Source: a candidate division WOR-3 bacterium (GTDB lineage Bacteria; Hydrothermota; Hydrothermia; LBFQ01). From it: 27,420 nt of DNA. The stretch lies in NCBI GenBank assembly GCA_027050205.1, contig JALUCS010000114.1, positions 1-27,420 of the forward strand, read 5' to 3'. Under the pieces are notes generated by a model. That model did not search any database and had not been told where the DNA came from. It saw nothing but the letters and a program-made list of their open reading frames with translations. Shown piece by piece: positions 1 to 8,519 of this stretch; position 1 is the stretch's first letter, and every line of letters begins with the position of its first letter. The position numbers were made by a program, and so were the translations under genes.

Positions 1-22
1 TCTTCTTCTTTCTCCTTCCCAC
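1..22 (-). CDS. 5' fragment of a gene running off the window edge (MGRRKKK...)
   Basis: AGGAGG Shine-Dalgarno at 36-31 on the minus strand, GTG at 22, directly after the amidase stop; only 7 codons visible. Confidence 0.55.
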
Positions 23-23
23 G

Positions 24-1286
24 CTATTTACCTCCTTGTTGTTGTCTTACGTACTCCTCAATCCCCTCGGCTATCGCCTTCGCCAGGCGTCTCTGGTAGG
101 AGGGGCTGGCCAACCTCTTGGCCTCCCTCCGGTTGGTTATGAAGCCCAGCTCCACCAGTACGGAGGGCATCATAACCCACTTAAGGACGTAGAACCCCGC
201 CTGCCTTACCCCCCTGTCCTTCGTTAGAGCCATCTTCAAGGCGCTCCTGTGTATGCTCAAAGCGAGCCTGTAAGACTGCTCCAGGAGGAGGTTCTGGAGG
301 AGGTCACCGATGATGGCCCCCACAGGCTCGTCCGGTTTCACGTAGCCGATATCGTACCTGATGGCGGAGTTCTCAAGTATGGCTACCGCCCTCTCCTCGG
401 ACGTACGGGACTCGGACAGGAAGTAGGTCTCCATTCCGCTGGCCCTCCGGTCCCTGCTGGCGTTGCAGTGGATGCTAACGAAGAGGTGGGCGCCGCTCCG
501 GTTGGCCATCCTTGCCCTCGCGTAGAGGGAGACGTACCGGTCGTCCTTACGGGTCAGGAGTACCCTGTAGCCCTTCGCCCGCAGTATCTTCGCCACCTTC
601 AGGGCCACGGCGAGGTTTATGTCCTTCTCCCTGTACCCGTTCCCGATGGCTCCGGCGTCCCTGCCCCCATGGCCGGGGTCTATGACGACGGTTATCCGGT
701 CGGATTTCTTAGGTACGAGCTTCCTGATCACCACCCGGAGGGTTTCCCCCCTCTTTCGGACGGTGTATCCCCCCTCCCGCGCGCCGAAGTGTACGACAAA
801 GCGGGTCCTTTTCCTGAACTGGACCACCTTCACGTAGGAAACGAAATCCCCATCCCCTACGATCTTCCAGAACTTACCGTACAGTCCCTTAACCTCCACC
901 ACGAGGCTGTCCTCCCCTTTGATCGTCCTGAACTTTCCCCCCTTGGCCGTGATGGTTATGACGTACCTCTCACCGTCCCCCATCCTTCCCATAACGAAAC
1001 GCACCGTGGGCTTCCCCTTGAAGAACCTCTTGCCCTCCGCATCCCAGAACCAGTTCCCGCCCATCTGCAGGAGGATGGGGGCGAGCTGATCCGCCCTGAC
1101 GTAGAGCTTCCCGCCCTTCCACCTCTTCTGTAGGGGGAAGACCCTCCCCCCGTAGGAGACGGCGCCACCGCTTACGTACCTCGCCACCTTCCCCCTATAC
1201 ACCACCCTATTTTCATAGACCTTCGCCCCCGTCGTACGGCGGATCTCGGAGGTGGTTAGCCAACGGGAGAGGAGGAGGACGAACAT
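24..1286 (-). CDS. N-acetylmuramoyl-L-alanine amidase (Amidase_3, AmiA/AmiC-like)
   Basis: VVIDPGHGGRDAGA, EKDINL, FVSIHCNA, SVLVELGFITN zinc-amidase motifs; start overlaps the permease stop (TGATG). Confidence 0.95.
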   Translation of the reverse strand: MFVLLLSRWLTTSEIRRTTGAKVYENRVVYRGKVARYVSGGAVSYGGRVFPLQKRWKGGKLYVRADQLAPILLQMGGNWFWDAEGKRFFKGKPTVRFVMGRMGDGERYVITITAKGGKFRTIKGEDSLVVEVKGLYGKFWKIVGDGDFVSYVKVVQFRKRTRFVVHFGAREGGYTVRKRGETLRVVIRKLVPKKSDRITVVIDPGHGGRDAGAIGNGYREKDINLAVALKVAKILRAKGYRVLLTRKDDRYVSLYARARMANRSGAHLFVSIHCNASRDRRASGMETYFLSESRTSEERAVAILENSAIRYDIGYVKPDEPVGAIIGDLLQNLLLEQSYRLALSIHRSALKMALTKDRGVRQAGFYVLKWVMMPSVLVELGFITNRREAKRLASPSYQRRLAKAIAEGIEEYVRQQQGGK

Positions 1287-2203
1287 CAGACTTCGTAGTA
1301 TATCCTTCGCTCTATGAAGACCTTCTGAAGGACCGTCAGAAGCCCCACCACCAACAGTAGGGCGATGGCGACGGCGGAGGCGTAGCCGATGTTGAAGTCC
1401 TCAACGCCCTTCTGGTAGAGGTAATACACCAGGACGTTGGTCGTACCCATAGGGCCACCGGGTGGAGGTCCGGTCATTATCCAGATGGGGGCGAAGACCT
1501 GAAAGGAGATGATGAAGCTGGTAAGATAGACGTAGAAGAGGGAGGGGGCGAGGAGAGGTAGGGTTATTCGCCAGAACACCGTCCATGCTCCGGCCCCGTC
1601 TATGGCCGCCGCCTCGTACACGCTCCTGTTTATGGACTTGAGGCCGGCGTAGAGTATTATCGTGTTGTAGCCGAAGCTCTTCCAGACGGCCATTATCACC
1701 ACCGAGAGGAGGGCGAGGGAGGGACCGTGGCCGAAGAAGATGCCGGAAGGCTCCTCAAGCCAGCGGAGGGTGGGGAGGTGGAGGAGGCTTAGGACGAAGT
1801 TGAAGAAGCCGGCGGAGGGGTTGTATAGCCACTTCCAGACGACGGAGGCCGGCACGAGGGATATTACCACCGGGGTGAAGACGGCGAACTTGAGGAGGGA
1901 GGCGAGGGGCCCGTTCGTGCTACTTATCAGGAGGGCCGCGAGGAGGGCGACGGTGATGCCGATGGAGATGCTAAGGAAGGAGTACCAGAAGGTGTTGCCC
2001 ATCGCCTGCCAGAAGAAGGGGTCGTGGAGGAGCATTTCAAAGTTCTTGAGACCGACCCATTTTTGAAACCCCACCAGTCCCCACTTCTGGAAGGAGTTGA
2101 TGAGGACCATAAAGGATGGGATGAACTTAAAAACCGTCAAAACCGTCAGCGCTGGCATCAGGAAGACCACCGCCAAAACAACCTTCCTCTTCTGCGAAAA
2201 CAA
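1286..2203 (-). CDS. Carbohydrate ABC transporter permease (CUT1, UgpA/MalF-like)
   Basis: Multiple hydrophobic segments, WVGLKNF and EAA loop YEAAAIDGA...FWRITLPLL. Confidence 0.93.
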   Translation of the reverse strand: MFSQKRKVVLAVVFLMPALTVLTVFKFIPSFMVLINSFQKWGLVGFQKWVGLKNFEMLLHDPFFWQAMGNTFWYSFLSISIGITVALLAALLISSTNGPLASLLKFAVFTPVVISLVPASVVWKWLYNPSAGFFNFVLSLLHLPTLRWLEEPSGIFFGHGPSLALLSVVIMAVWKSFGYNTIILYAGLKSINRSVYEAAAIDGAGAWTVFWRITLPLLAPSLFYVYLTSFIISFQVFAPIWIMTGPPPGGPMGTTNVLVYYLYQKGVEDFNIGYASAVAIALLLVVGLLTVLQKVFIERRIYYEV

Positions 2204-2209
2204 GACGTT

Positions 2210-2215
2210 ATTATA
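2210..2215 (-). promoter_or_regulatory. -10 box TATAAT, 6 nt before the TTG start at 2203
   Basis: Minus strand reads TATAAT-aacgtc-TTG. Confidence 0.7.
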
Positions 2216-2869
2216 CCGGGGAACGGCCAGTGAATTTGAGGGGGACGCCTAAGGGTTTTCCTTCGCTACGGGGAAAGGGACGTCCCCTTCGCATCTTTGG
2301 AACCGATACGGTGCGAGGTGTAAATTGGTAATATCTCTAAACTTGCGAGAACATAAGTAATTTTTGAGTATCCAGCGATACCTCTTCACAAAATCGCAGA
2401 AACTCGGATTACCATCCCATTTTGAAGGTGCGTCTCAAACGGAGGGTAGTACCTCTGGTTGCAGTTAGACCGCCGTATCCGGTAAGGCAACACGAATAGG
2501 GATTCTGAATTTTGGGACCACAAAAAATAGTGTAATATGTATAGATACTCGTAAAAACTAAAAAATTGCAGTTAGTAGTACTAAACCGCCTAAAATCCTA
2601 CAGACGTCTATACAAAATCTTGAACCTGTTTCGGTTTGATGAGACTGCAGAGTATTCGCTGCACCATCAGTCTGATATTTTGTATCATTTTGGTAATTAC
2701 TTCAAATTTTTATAGAAATTGTGTGTATTATGATAAATTTCTCCATCATTTATGCGTATGCGGGGTTCATATGCCCATACGGCAAAATTGACCGTTCAGA
2801 AATCCTCAAGACGAAATTTCAATTCGGAGCTTGTGCGGTTGTCGGTAAGGATTTGGGAAGGTTCCCTCA

Positions 2870-2895
2870 CGTAAAATAATGCGACCGTAAAATAA
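2870..2895 (+). promoter_or_regulatory. Tandem CGTAAAATAA direct repeat; the second copy contains the -10 box TAAAAT (2888-2893), 8 nt before ATG 2902
   Basis: CGTAAAATAA at 2870-2879 and 2886-2895. Confidence 0.6.
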
Positions 2896-2901
2896 CATGC
2901 T

Positions 2902-3243
2902 ATGCGGTACGTTTTCGCTATCTTTACGGCTCTGCTCCTTGCATCCTGCGGCTCCCAGAACGGTAAGAGCGACTACTCCGGCAAGTGGGAGACCGGTTTC
3001 GGTTTCGTGGAGCTGACCCAGAAGGGCGATTCCCTCATCGGGGAGTTCACCGGCGGGAACACGGGTAAGTTCCTCGGTGAGATACGCAACGATACCGTCT
3101 TCTTCACTATAAAGGACGCCTCCTTCACGGCCGAAGAGTTGGAAGGCTACGCCGAGATAAGGAGTCCCAAGGTGATGAAGGGACAGTACCGTCCCAAAGG
3201 CACCAAGGTGTGGGAGGGTAAGTTCTGGATGATGAAGAAATGA
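2902..3243 (+). CDS. Hypothetical lipoprotein
   Basis: Signal peptide MRYVFAIFTALLLASC with lipobox LASC; beta-rich body (YSGKWETGFG). Confidence 0.8.
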   Translation: MRYVFAIFTALLLASCGSQNGKSDYSGKWETGFGFVELTQKGDSLIGEFTGGNTGKFLGEIRNDTVFFTIKDASFTAEELEGYAEIRSPKVMKGQYRPKGTKVWEGKFWMMKK

Positions 3244-4826
3244 GCGACCGCCATCTCGGATACTGCGTTGGGGTACTCCGGCCCAACGAGATAACCTTCA
3301 CGAGCTTTGTTCCCCCGAAGATGGGGGAGTTCGTCCTCATAACCTACAGGGAGGGCGACCGGGACGTAAGGATCCTCGGGATGGTGAATTACATAGAGCG
3401 GTTTGACCGTTTCCTACCGGAGGACAACAACCCAGATCACGTCGCCTCAATAAGCAAGATATACCGGATAGGGGGGATATTCCGGGCGAGGACGACCCTC
3501 CTCGGTGAGATTGGGAAGGACGGTAGGCTCGTGAGGCTCAAGTACCCTCCTATGCCGGGCGCCCCGGTGTACTCCGCTCCTCCCGACGTCCTACAGGAAA
3601 TATTCGCAGCAGAGGACCCTCTTAGGACGGCAAAGATAGGTACCCTTCTGACCTCCCCCGACGTTGAGGTGGGGGTGGATATAAACCAGATAGTCTCCCG
3701 CCACCTCGCCATCCTCGCCGTGACCGGAGGCGGTAAGTCCAACGCCGTCTCCGTCATACTTGAGGAGATTGCAAAGAAGAACGGGACGGCTCTCGTAATA
3801 GACGTCCACGGGGAGTACATAGACGCCCAGTTCCGCAACTCAAGGGGGGAGGTGGTCACCAACCCCATAGATGTCAGGATAGACCTCGCCTCCATGCCCC
3901 CCGGCGACATCGCTGCTATGTGTGGCATAGACTTTGACAGGAGCAGTCGCCAGTACTACGTGATGATGGAACTGGTCAAGTGCGTGAAGGAGAACAGGCG
4001 GAGGGCGGCCATACTGGACGTTATGGACAGCGACCCCTTCTCCGACGATCTCCCGGCCAACCCTTCCTTTATGGACGACCTGATAGACACCCTCCGCGCC
4101 CTCATAGAGGCAAGGAGGAGCAAGGAGGAGGACGTGGAGGCCCCCTGTGAGTTCTACCGCACCACCAAGCCCGATGAGCTTATAGGGACGTACATCCGCC
4201 TCGTCAACCTCCGCGACAAGATAGGGGACAGGGTCCAAGACAACGCCACGCCCATAGTTGAGCTGGTGGGGAGGTACGGGGAGGGTAAGATAAACGTCCT
4301 TGACCTCCGGGGGTTGGACTACGAGGCTATGGACGTCATAGTCTCCCACGTCCTGCTCTCCTTCCTCAAGGAGCGGAAGAGGTGGGTACAGGAGGGGGAG
4401 GGACATCTCCGTGTCCCCGTCTTGGTGGTCGTTGAGGAGGCCCACATCTTCGCCCCCAAGGGGGTATCCACGAAGACCAAGTACGCCCTATCCAAGGTGG
4501 CGAGGGAGGCGAGGAAGTTCGGTCTGGGGGTCGTCCTGGTTAGCCAAAGGCCGAAGGGTTTGGACGAGAACGTCCTCTCACAGATGAACAACTGGATAAT
4601 ACTGCGGATAGTGGAGCCGGAGGATCAGAAGCACGTTCAGAGGGCCTCGGAGACTTTAAGTTCGGACCTGCTCCAGTACCTACCCGCCCTCAACCCCGGT
4701 GAGGCTATCCTCCTCGGACCGTTCGTTAGGGTGCCTCTTCTCGTAAAGTTCAGGCTTTCGCAGGCGCGTAGGGGTGGCCACGACATAGACGCCGTGGGGG
4801 AGTGGTCCCGCTACTCCTCCCGTTAG
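3240..4826 (+). CDS. herA: HerA/DUF87-family ATPase (FtsK-HerA superfamily)
   Basis: N-terminal HAS-barrel-like region, RHLAILAVTGGGKS Walker A, VVVEEAH Walker B, AREARKFG arginine finger, SQRP motif. Confidence 0.88.
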   Translation: MSDRHLGYCVGVLRPNEITFTSFVPPKMGEFVLITYREGDRDVRILGMVNYIERFDRFLPEDNNPDHVASISKIYRIGGIFRARTTLLGEIGKDGRLVRLKYPPMPGAPVYSAPPDVLQEIFAAEDPLRTAKIGTLLTSPDVEVGVDINQIVSRHLAILAVTGGGKSNAVSVILEEIAKKNGTALVIDVHGEYIDAQFRNSRGEVVTNPIDVRIDLASMPPGDIAAMCGIDFDRSSRQYYVMMELVKCVKENRRRAAILDVMDSDPFSDDLPANPSFMDDLIDTLRALIEARRSKEEDVEAPCEFYRTTKPDELIGTYIRLVNLRDKIGDRVQDNATPIVELVGRYGEGKINVLDLRGLDYEAMDVIVSHVLLSFLKERKRWVQEGEGHLRVPVLVVVEEAHIFAPKGVSTKTKYALSKVAREARKFGLGVVLVSQRPKGLDENVLSQMNNWIILRIVEPEDQKHVQRASETLSSDLLQYLPALNPGEAILLGPFVRVPLLVKFRLSQARRGGHDIDAVGEWSRYSSR

Positions 4827-5972
4827 TTGGGTTTGAGGCGGGAGTACCTTCCCCTTCTCTTAGCCGGCACCCTCGCCCTCTTTGGGGTCATAGGTCTCCT
4901 ACCCGATTGGGGCCTCGCCCTCAAACAGGCGGCCTACAACCTCCTTGGGATGGCTCTGTTCCTTTACACCATCCGGATAAACATCCGCACCATCGTTATG
5001 AACTCCCGCCCCGTGTATTACCTGACCCTCCTCCTGCTCGTCGCCGTCCTCTTCTTCGGTGGCGGTGGTGGAGTGCGGCGGTGGTTCAACCTCGGATTTA
5101 TGAACTTTCAGCCATCGGAGTTGGCCAAAGTGGTCGTCCCCATCTACCTCATCGGCTCGGAGGGTACCCTAAGGAGGCTCCTCCTCGGCATCCTACCGTG
5201 GTTCCTCGTCCTCGTGGAGCCGGATCTGGCCACCAGCAGCGTCATCCTCGTCCTAACCCTCTACGTCGTCTTCATAACGGCCAAAGATTTGAAGGTGGTC
5301 GTCCTCCTCTTCTCCGTCCTCGCCGCCCCCATCGTCTCCTTCGCCAAGGTCCTATTCTGGGCGTTCCTCGGCCTCATAACGGCGGCCTTCTTGGTCCTTC
5401 GGGCCTCCCTTGGCTGGATCGTCCTAACCCTCGGCCTCGTGATAGGCATAGGCCTCACCACCCCCGTACTGTGGAGGAAGGGCCTCAAGGAGTACCAGAG
5501 GCGTAGGATAATGGCCATGCTCAACCCCCATGAGAACAGGGAGGTACTCTATCAGAGCTACCAGTCCCGAATCGCTCTCGCAAATGCCGGCCCCTTCGGA
5601 AAGGGGATAAGGGGAGCCACCCAGAAGAACTACGGTTTCCTGCCCGCCGCCCATACGGACTTCGCCTTCACCTCCATCGTTGAAGTATACGGCTACGTAG
5701 TAGGTGCTATTCTAATCCTGCTCCTGTACCTGCTTCCCTTCTCCCTCTTCTACCTCTCCCTCTCACCGGATCCCTACGTCCAGAGGGTGGCCTCAACGGC
5801 GGGGACCTTCTTCCTCTACCAGACCTCCGTCAATCTCATGTCAGTCCTCGGCCTCCTCCCCATAGCCGGTATCCCCCTCCCCTTTATAACCTACGGCGGA
5901 AGCCACGTCTTGGCGGAATGGCTTTGGCTCGCCTTGGCTTACAGCGCATTTCGGTGGAGGGTTGAAACGTAG
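4827..5972 (+). CDS. rodA: SEDS family peptidoglycan glycosyltransferase, RodA-like
   Basis: RRWFNLG..FQPSELAK, EPDLAT, FLPAAHTDF, GIPLPFITYGGS motifs; LKEYQRRRI is RodA-like. Confidence 0.88.
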   Translation: MGLRREYLPLLLAGTLALFGVIGLLPDWGLALKQAAYNLLGMALFLYTIRINIRTIVMNSRPVYYLTLLLLVAVLFFGGGGGVRRWFNLGFMNFQPSELAKVVVPIYLIGSEGTLRRLLLGILPWFLVLVEPDLATSSVILVLTLYVVFITAKDLKVVVLLFSVLAAPIVSFAKVLFWAFLGLITAAFLVLRASLGWIVLTLGLVIGIGLTTPVLWRKGLKEYQRRRIMAMLNPHENREVLYQSYQSRIALANAGPFGKGIRGATQKNYGFLPAAHTDFAFTSIVEVYGYVVGAILILLLYLLPFSLFYLSLSPDPYVQRVASTAGTFFLYQTSVNLMSVLGLLPIAGIPLPFITYGGSHVLAEWLWLALAYSAFRWRVET

Positions 5973-5991
5973 GGCGTTCAGCCCTTAAAAT
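5962..5991 (+). promoter_or_regulatory. Sigma70-type promoter TTGAAA-18-TAAAAT, 8 nt before ATG 6000
   Basis: TTGAAA 5962-5967, TAAAAT 5986-5991. Confidence 0.7.
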
Positions 5992-5999
5992 TTTAGCCT

Positions 6000-6773
6000 A
6001 TGATGTGGAGTCTTTTACTCGTTGTAGGGGCGGGGAAAGGTGCGGATACTGCCGTACGTGAGGTCTTTGACAAGGGGGAGATAGACTGGACCCACGGCTT
6101 CGTAAGGGCCAAGGGGTACGGCTTCGTAGACCCGAAGAAACCGAAGGGACAGGCCCGTCTCCTCGCCGAGCGGGCGGCCGTCGTGGACGCCCGACGCAAC
6201 CTCCTTGAGATCCTCAAGGGTGTGCATATAACCTCCGAGACCGTGGTTGAGGACTACATGACGACGAGCGACCTCATCGTCCAGAGGGTTGAGGGCATAG
6301 TGAAGGGGGCGAGGGTGGTAGGTAAGCCAAAGTACTACAAGGACGGTAGGGTGGAGGTGGTCGTTGAGGTCTCCTTGGATACCCTCGCGAAGGAGGTGGC
6401 CCCCAAGGAGAAAGGGGTACCGGGAGCGACCAGTAAAGGCAAGGAGTCGCCCAAGGACGTACAGGGGGTCATAATAAAGACCCCCAAGGGTGCGAAGGCC
6501 TGCCTCTATCCCCGCATAGTAGATGAGAAGGGCAACGTCCTGTTGGACTTCTCCGATTACCCGGAGGTCAGGAGCGCCTGGAGCCGTGCGGTGAAGTTCG
6601 TAAAGGGCAAGGTCTCCCAGAACGAGGCCGGCCAACTCGTGATAGAGGCGGCGGAGGCCAAGGGGTGCGATATAGTCATAAAACGCGACCAGAGGGGTAA
6701 GATAGAGCGGCTGAAGAAGGTGGCCCGCTTCCTGTTCAAGGCGGGGAAGTTCGTAATAGACCTCGTTATGTGA
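6000..6773 (+). CDS. LPP20/FlgP-like exported protein
   Basis: ARLLAERAAVVDARRNLLEILKGVHITSETVVED...VEGIVKGARVV pattern typical of LPP20-like domains; no lipobox Cys. Confidence 0.65.
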   Translation: MMWSLLLVVGAGKGADTAVREVFDKGEIDWTHGFVRAKGYGFVDPKKPKGQARLLAERAAVVDARRNLLEILKGVHITSETVVEDYMTTSDLIVQRVEGIVKGARVVGKPKYYKDGRVEVVVEVSLDTLAKEVAPKEKGVPGATSKGKESPKDVQGVIIKTPKGAKACLYPRIVDEKGNVLLDFSDYPEVRSAWSRAVKFVKGKVSQNEAGQLVIEAAEAKGCDIVIKRDQRGKIERLKKVARFLFKAGKFVIDLVM

Positions 6774-6776
6774 GCC

Positions 6777-7262
6777 GTGTTCTTAGTGGACGCGTACAAC
6801 CTCGCCTACTCCACGGGGAGGGCGATTTCATTCAACGAGGCCTACCGGATGGCTTTGGAGATTGCCCACGTCCTGATGCGGAAAGGCTACCGGGTCATAT
6901 TCGTGTTTGACGGCCGTACGGACACCCCCCACCCCTCCTACATCAAGTTCTCCGGTGAGAGGAGGGCGGGTATGACGGCTGACGAGTGGATACTGGACTA
7001 TGTGAAGAGGCACAAGGGGGACACCATAAAGCTCGTGACCCGCGATAGGTCCCTCGCCGACAGGTCCCGCCATCTCCATCCCAACCTCTACGTCCTTGAT
7101 CCCCGTGAGTTCCTGTCCTTCGTAGGGAGGATATCCGAACAGGAGAGGACCTTTTCCGGTAAGGAGGCGGTGGATACCTACGACCTGCAGACTACGATGT
7201 TGAACGAGTTAGACGAATTTTTACAAAATCTTAAAAAACGCAAAAGGAGGAGAAGGAGGTAA
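6777..7262 (+). CDS. NYN/PIN-like ribonuclease (YacP/Rae1-like)
   Basis: LVDAYNL, VFDG, TADEWI, LVTRDRSL acidic motifs. Confidence 0.8.
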   Translation: MFLVDAYNLAYSTGRAISFNEAYRMALEIAHVLMRKGYRVIFVFDGRTDTPHPSYIKFSGERRAGMTADEWILDYVKRHKGDTIKLVTRDRSLADRSRHLHPNLYVLDPREFLSFVGRISEQERTFSGKEAVDTYDLQTTMLNELDEFLQNLKKRKRRRRR

Positions 7263-7409
7263 AGGTTAGCACTATCGTTAGGAGGCAACAGGAAGTGTCT
7301 CACTTTTACAGGGATACGTTGAAAGGTGCTACAGTTCGGTATAGAGGGTAGACGGTGATACCGGGCCTATTTGGTTCAAACCCTCCAGTCGTACCCTCAT
7401 CAAGGGTCG

Positions 7410-7478
7410 GCAATCCTTCCTCTCGCCGGTACCTTTGAAACCTACGGGTACGAGATAGAACCAAGGCCTATATATCTG
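7410..7478 (+). pseudogene. Remnant of the 3' end of a paralog of the 8520-9164 gene
   Basis: AILPLAGTFETYGYEIEPRPIYL versus AIIPLADTFGTYEYEIELSPIYM (9087-9155): 16/23 identical, ungapped. Confidence 0.75.
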
Positions 7479-7495
7479 GCCGAAGTAAATTATGA

Positions 7496-7524
7496 TTGCA
7501 AAATCTTAAATTCTACCTTAAAAT
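7496..7524 (+). promoter_or_regulatory. Promoter TTGCAA-17-TAAAAT, 8 nt before ATG 7533
   Basis: TTGCAA 7496-7501, TAAAAT 7519-7524. Confidence 0.7.
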
Positions 7525-7532
7525 ATGGACTT

Positions 7533-8168
7533 ATGCTTCTATACTTTCTGTCGCAACCAGTAGAGTTAGAAGGTGGATGGTGGGCTGCCCTGCCTCTAAA
7601 GAGGGACACTTTGATACTCCCTGATGACAGCGTACCTAAAGAGAAGGATGCGAAGGTCGTAATCAAGGCCTACCAAAGGTTCTGGTTTGCCTATCCCAAG
7701 CACAGGTCCTACTCCGGGGCTACACTCATAGCTGGCCAGAGATGGATAGAAAAGGGCGACGTAGATATGAAGGGGAGGTACGAGGGGATGGGCTATAAGT
7801 TCGCCTATAGGAGTCAGAGCGGAGACAAGTACTACGACCTTTACTACTATCCGATACCCAAGGTTGATAGCCTCATAGTCTATGTCAGGAGCAAAGAGAA
7901 GTACTGCAGCTTCATTATGAGTGCGGATATACGCATGGTTGATGATACCGGAGGGGTTATTGAGGGGCAGGGGTGGAAAGTCGTCAAAGTTGTGGTAAAA
8001 GAGCCGAATAGATGGCATAGAGGTACGATATACCTACCCGGCATTCTTGGACCCATCACATCCCTGTCGGTTGTTCATACCTACGGCCTAACGTTCTCCA
8101 TCGGCCCCGATGGAGGGTCCATAGACTCCTGTGCTACGTTTGAAGTGGGGCCTATCTATCTGAAATGA
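7533..8168 (+). CDS. Hypothetical exported protein, possibly CBM11/CIA30-like beta-sandwich; start corrected from 7371 to 7533
   Basis: Promoter directly upstream of ATG 7533; N-terminus MLLYFLSQ; ends TFEVGPIYLK, similar to the neighbouring paralog. Confidence 0.65.
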   Translation: MLLYFLSQPVELEGGWWAALPLKRDTLILPDDSVPKEKDAKVVIKAYQRFWFAYPKHRSYSGATLIAGQRWIEKGDVDMKGRYEGMGYKFAYRSQSGDKYYDLYYYPIPKVDSLIVYVRSKEKYCSFIMSADIRMVDDTGGVIEGQGWKVVKVVVKEPNRWHRGTIYLPGILGPITSLSVVHTYGLTFSIGPDGGSIDSCATFEVGPIYLK

Positions 8169-8180
8169 GGAAGTGAAAGT

Positions 8181-8475
8181 ATGCTGACACTTTTGATTTC
8201 CCTTGATCCTCCCTTCTTGAGCGAGGTTCGGATAGGGATACCCGGATACAGGAACATAGAACCTCATATGGCAGTTAACGGCAACGGCGTGAGGAAAAGG
8301 TTGAGGGCGAAAGGGCATTTACCGTTCTCAAGGGCGGGCTTAGGATGAAGGTTGAGGGTGAGGTGTATTCCGTAAGCGGCAGGCTCGTCTTCAAAGGCGA
8401 GGGCAGAATTTCTCTGCCCGCCGGTGTGTCTTTTGTCAGAGCCGGGGTAGGGTGTTTAGGGTAGTGGTTAGATAA
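8181..8475 (+). pseudogene. Collapsed pseudogene of a T9SS cargo protein
   Basis: MLTLLISLDPPFLSEVRIG..NIEPHMAVNG start, then in shifted frames EVYSVSGRLVFKGEGRISLPAGVSFVRAG and GRVFRVVVR*, a sorting-domain-like tail. Confidence 0.65.
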
Positions 8476-8481
8476 AAGCGT

Positions 8482-8510
8482 TTGAAAAATCTTTATCTCA
8501 CCCTTAAAAT
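8482..8510 (+). promoter_or_regulatory. Promoter TTGAAA-17-TAAAAT, 9 nt before ATG 8520
   Basis: TTGAAA 8482-8487, TAAAAT 8505-8510. Confidence 0.7.
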
Positions 8511-8519
8511 ATAACCTTA

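Noticed and set aside
7371..7532. N-terminal extension of the 7371-8168 ORF
   Set aside because: It consists of a paralog C-terminal remnant plus the promoter of ATG 7533, in frame by chance
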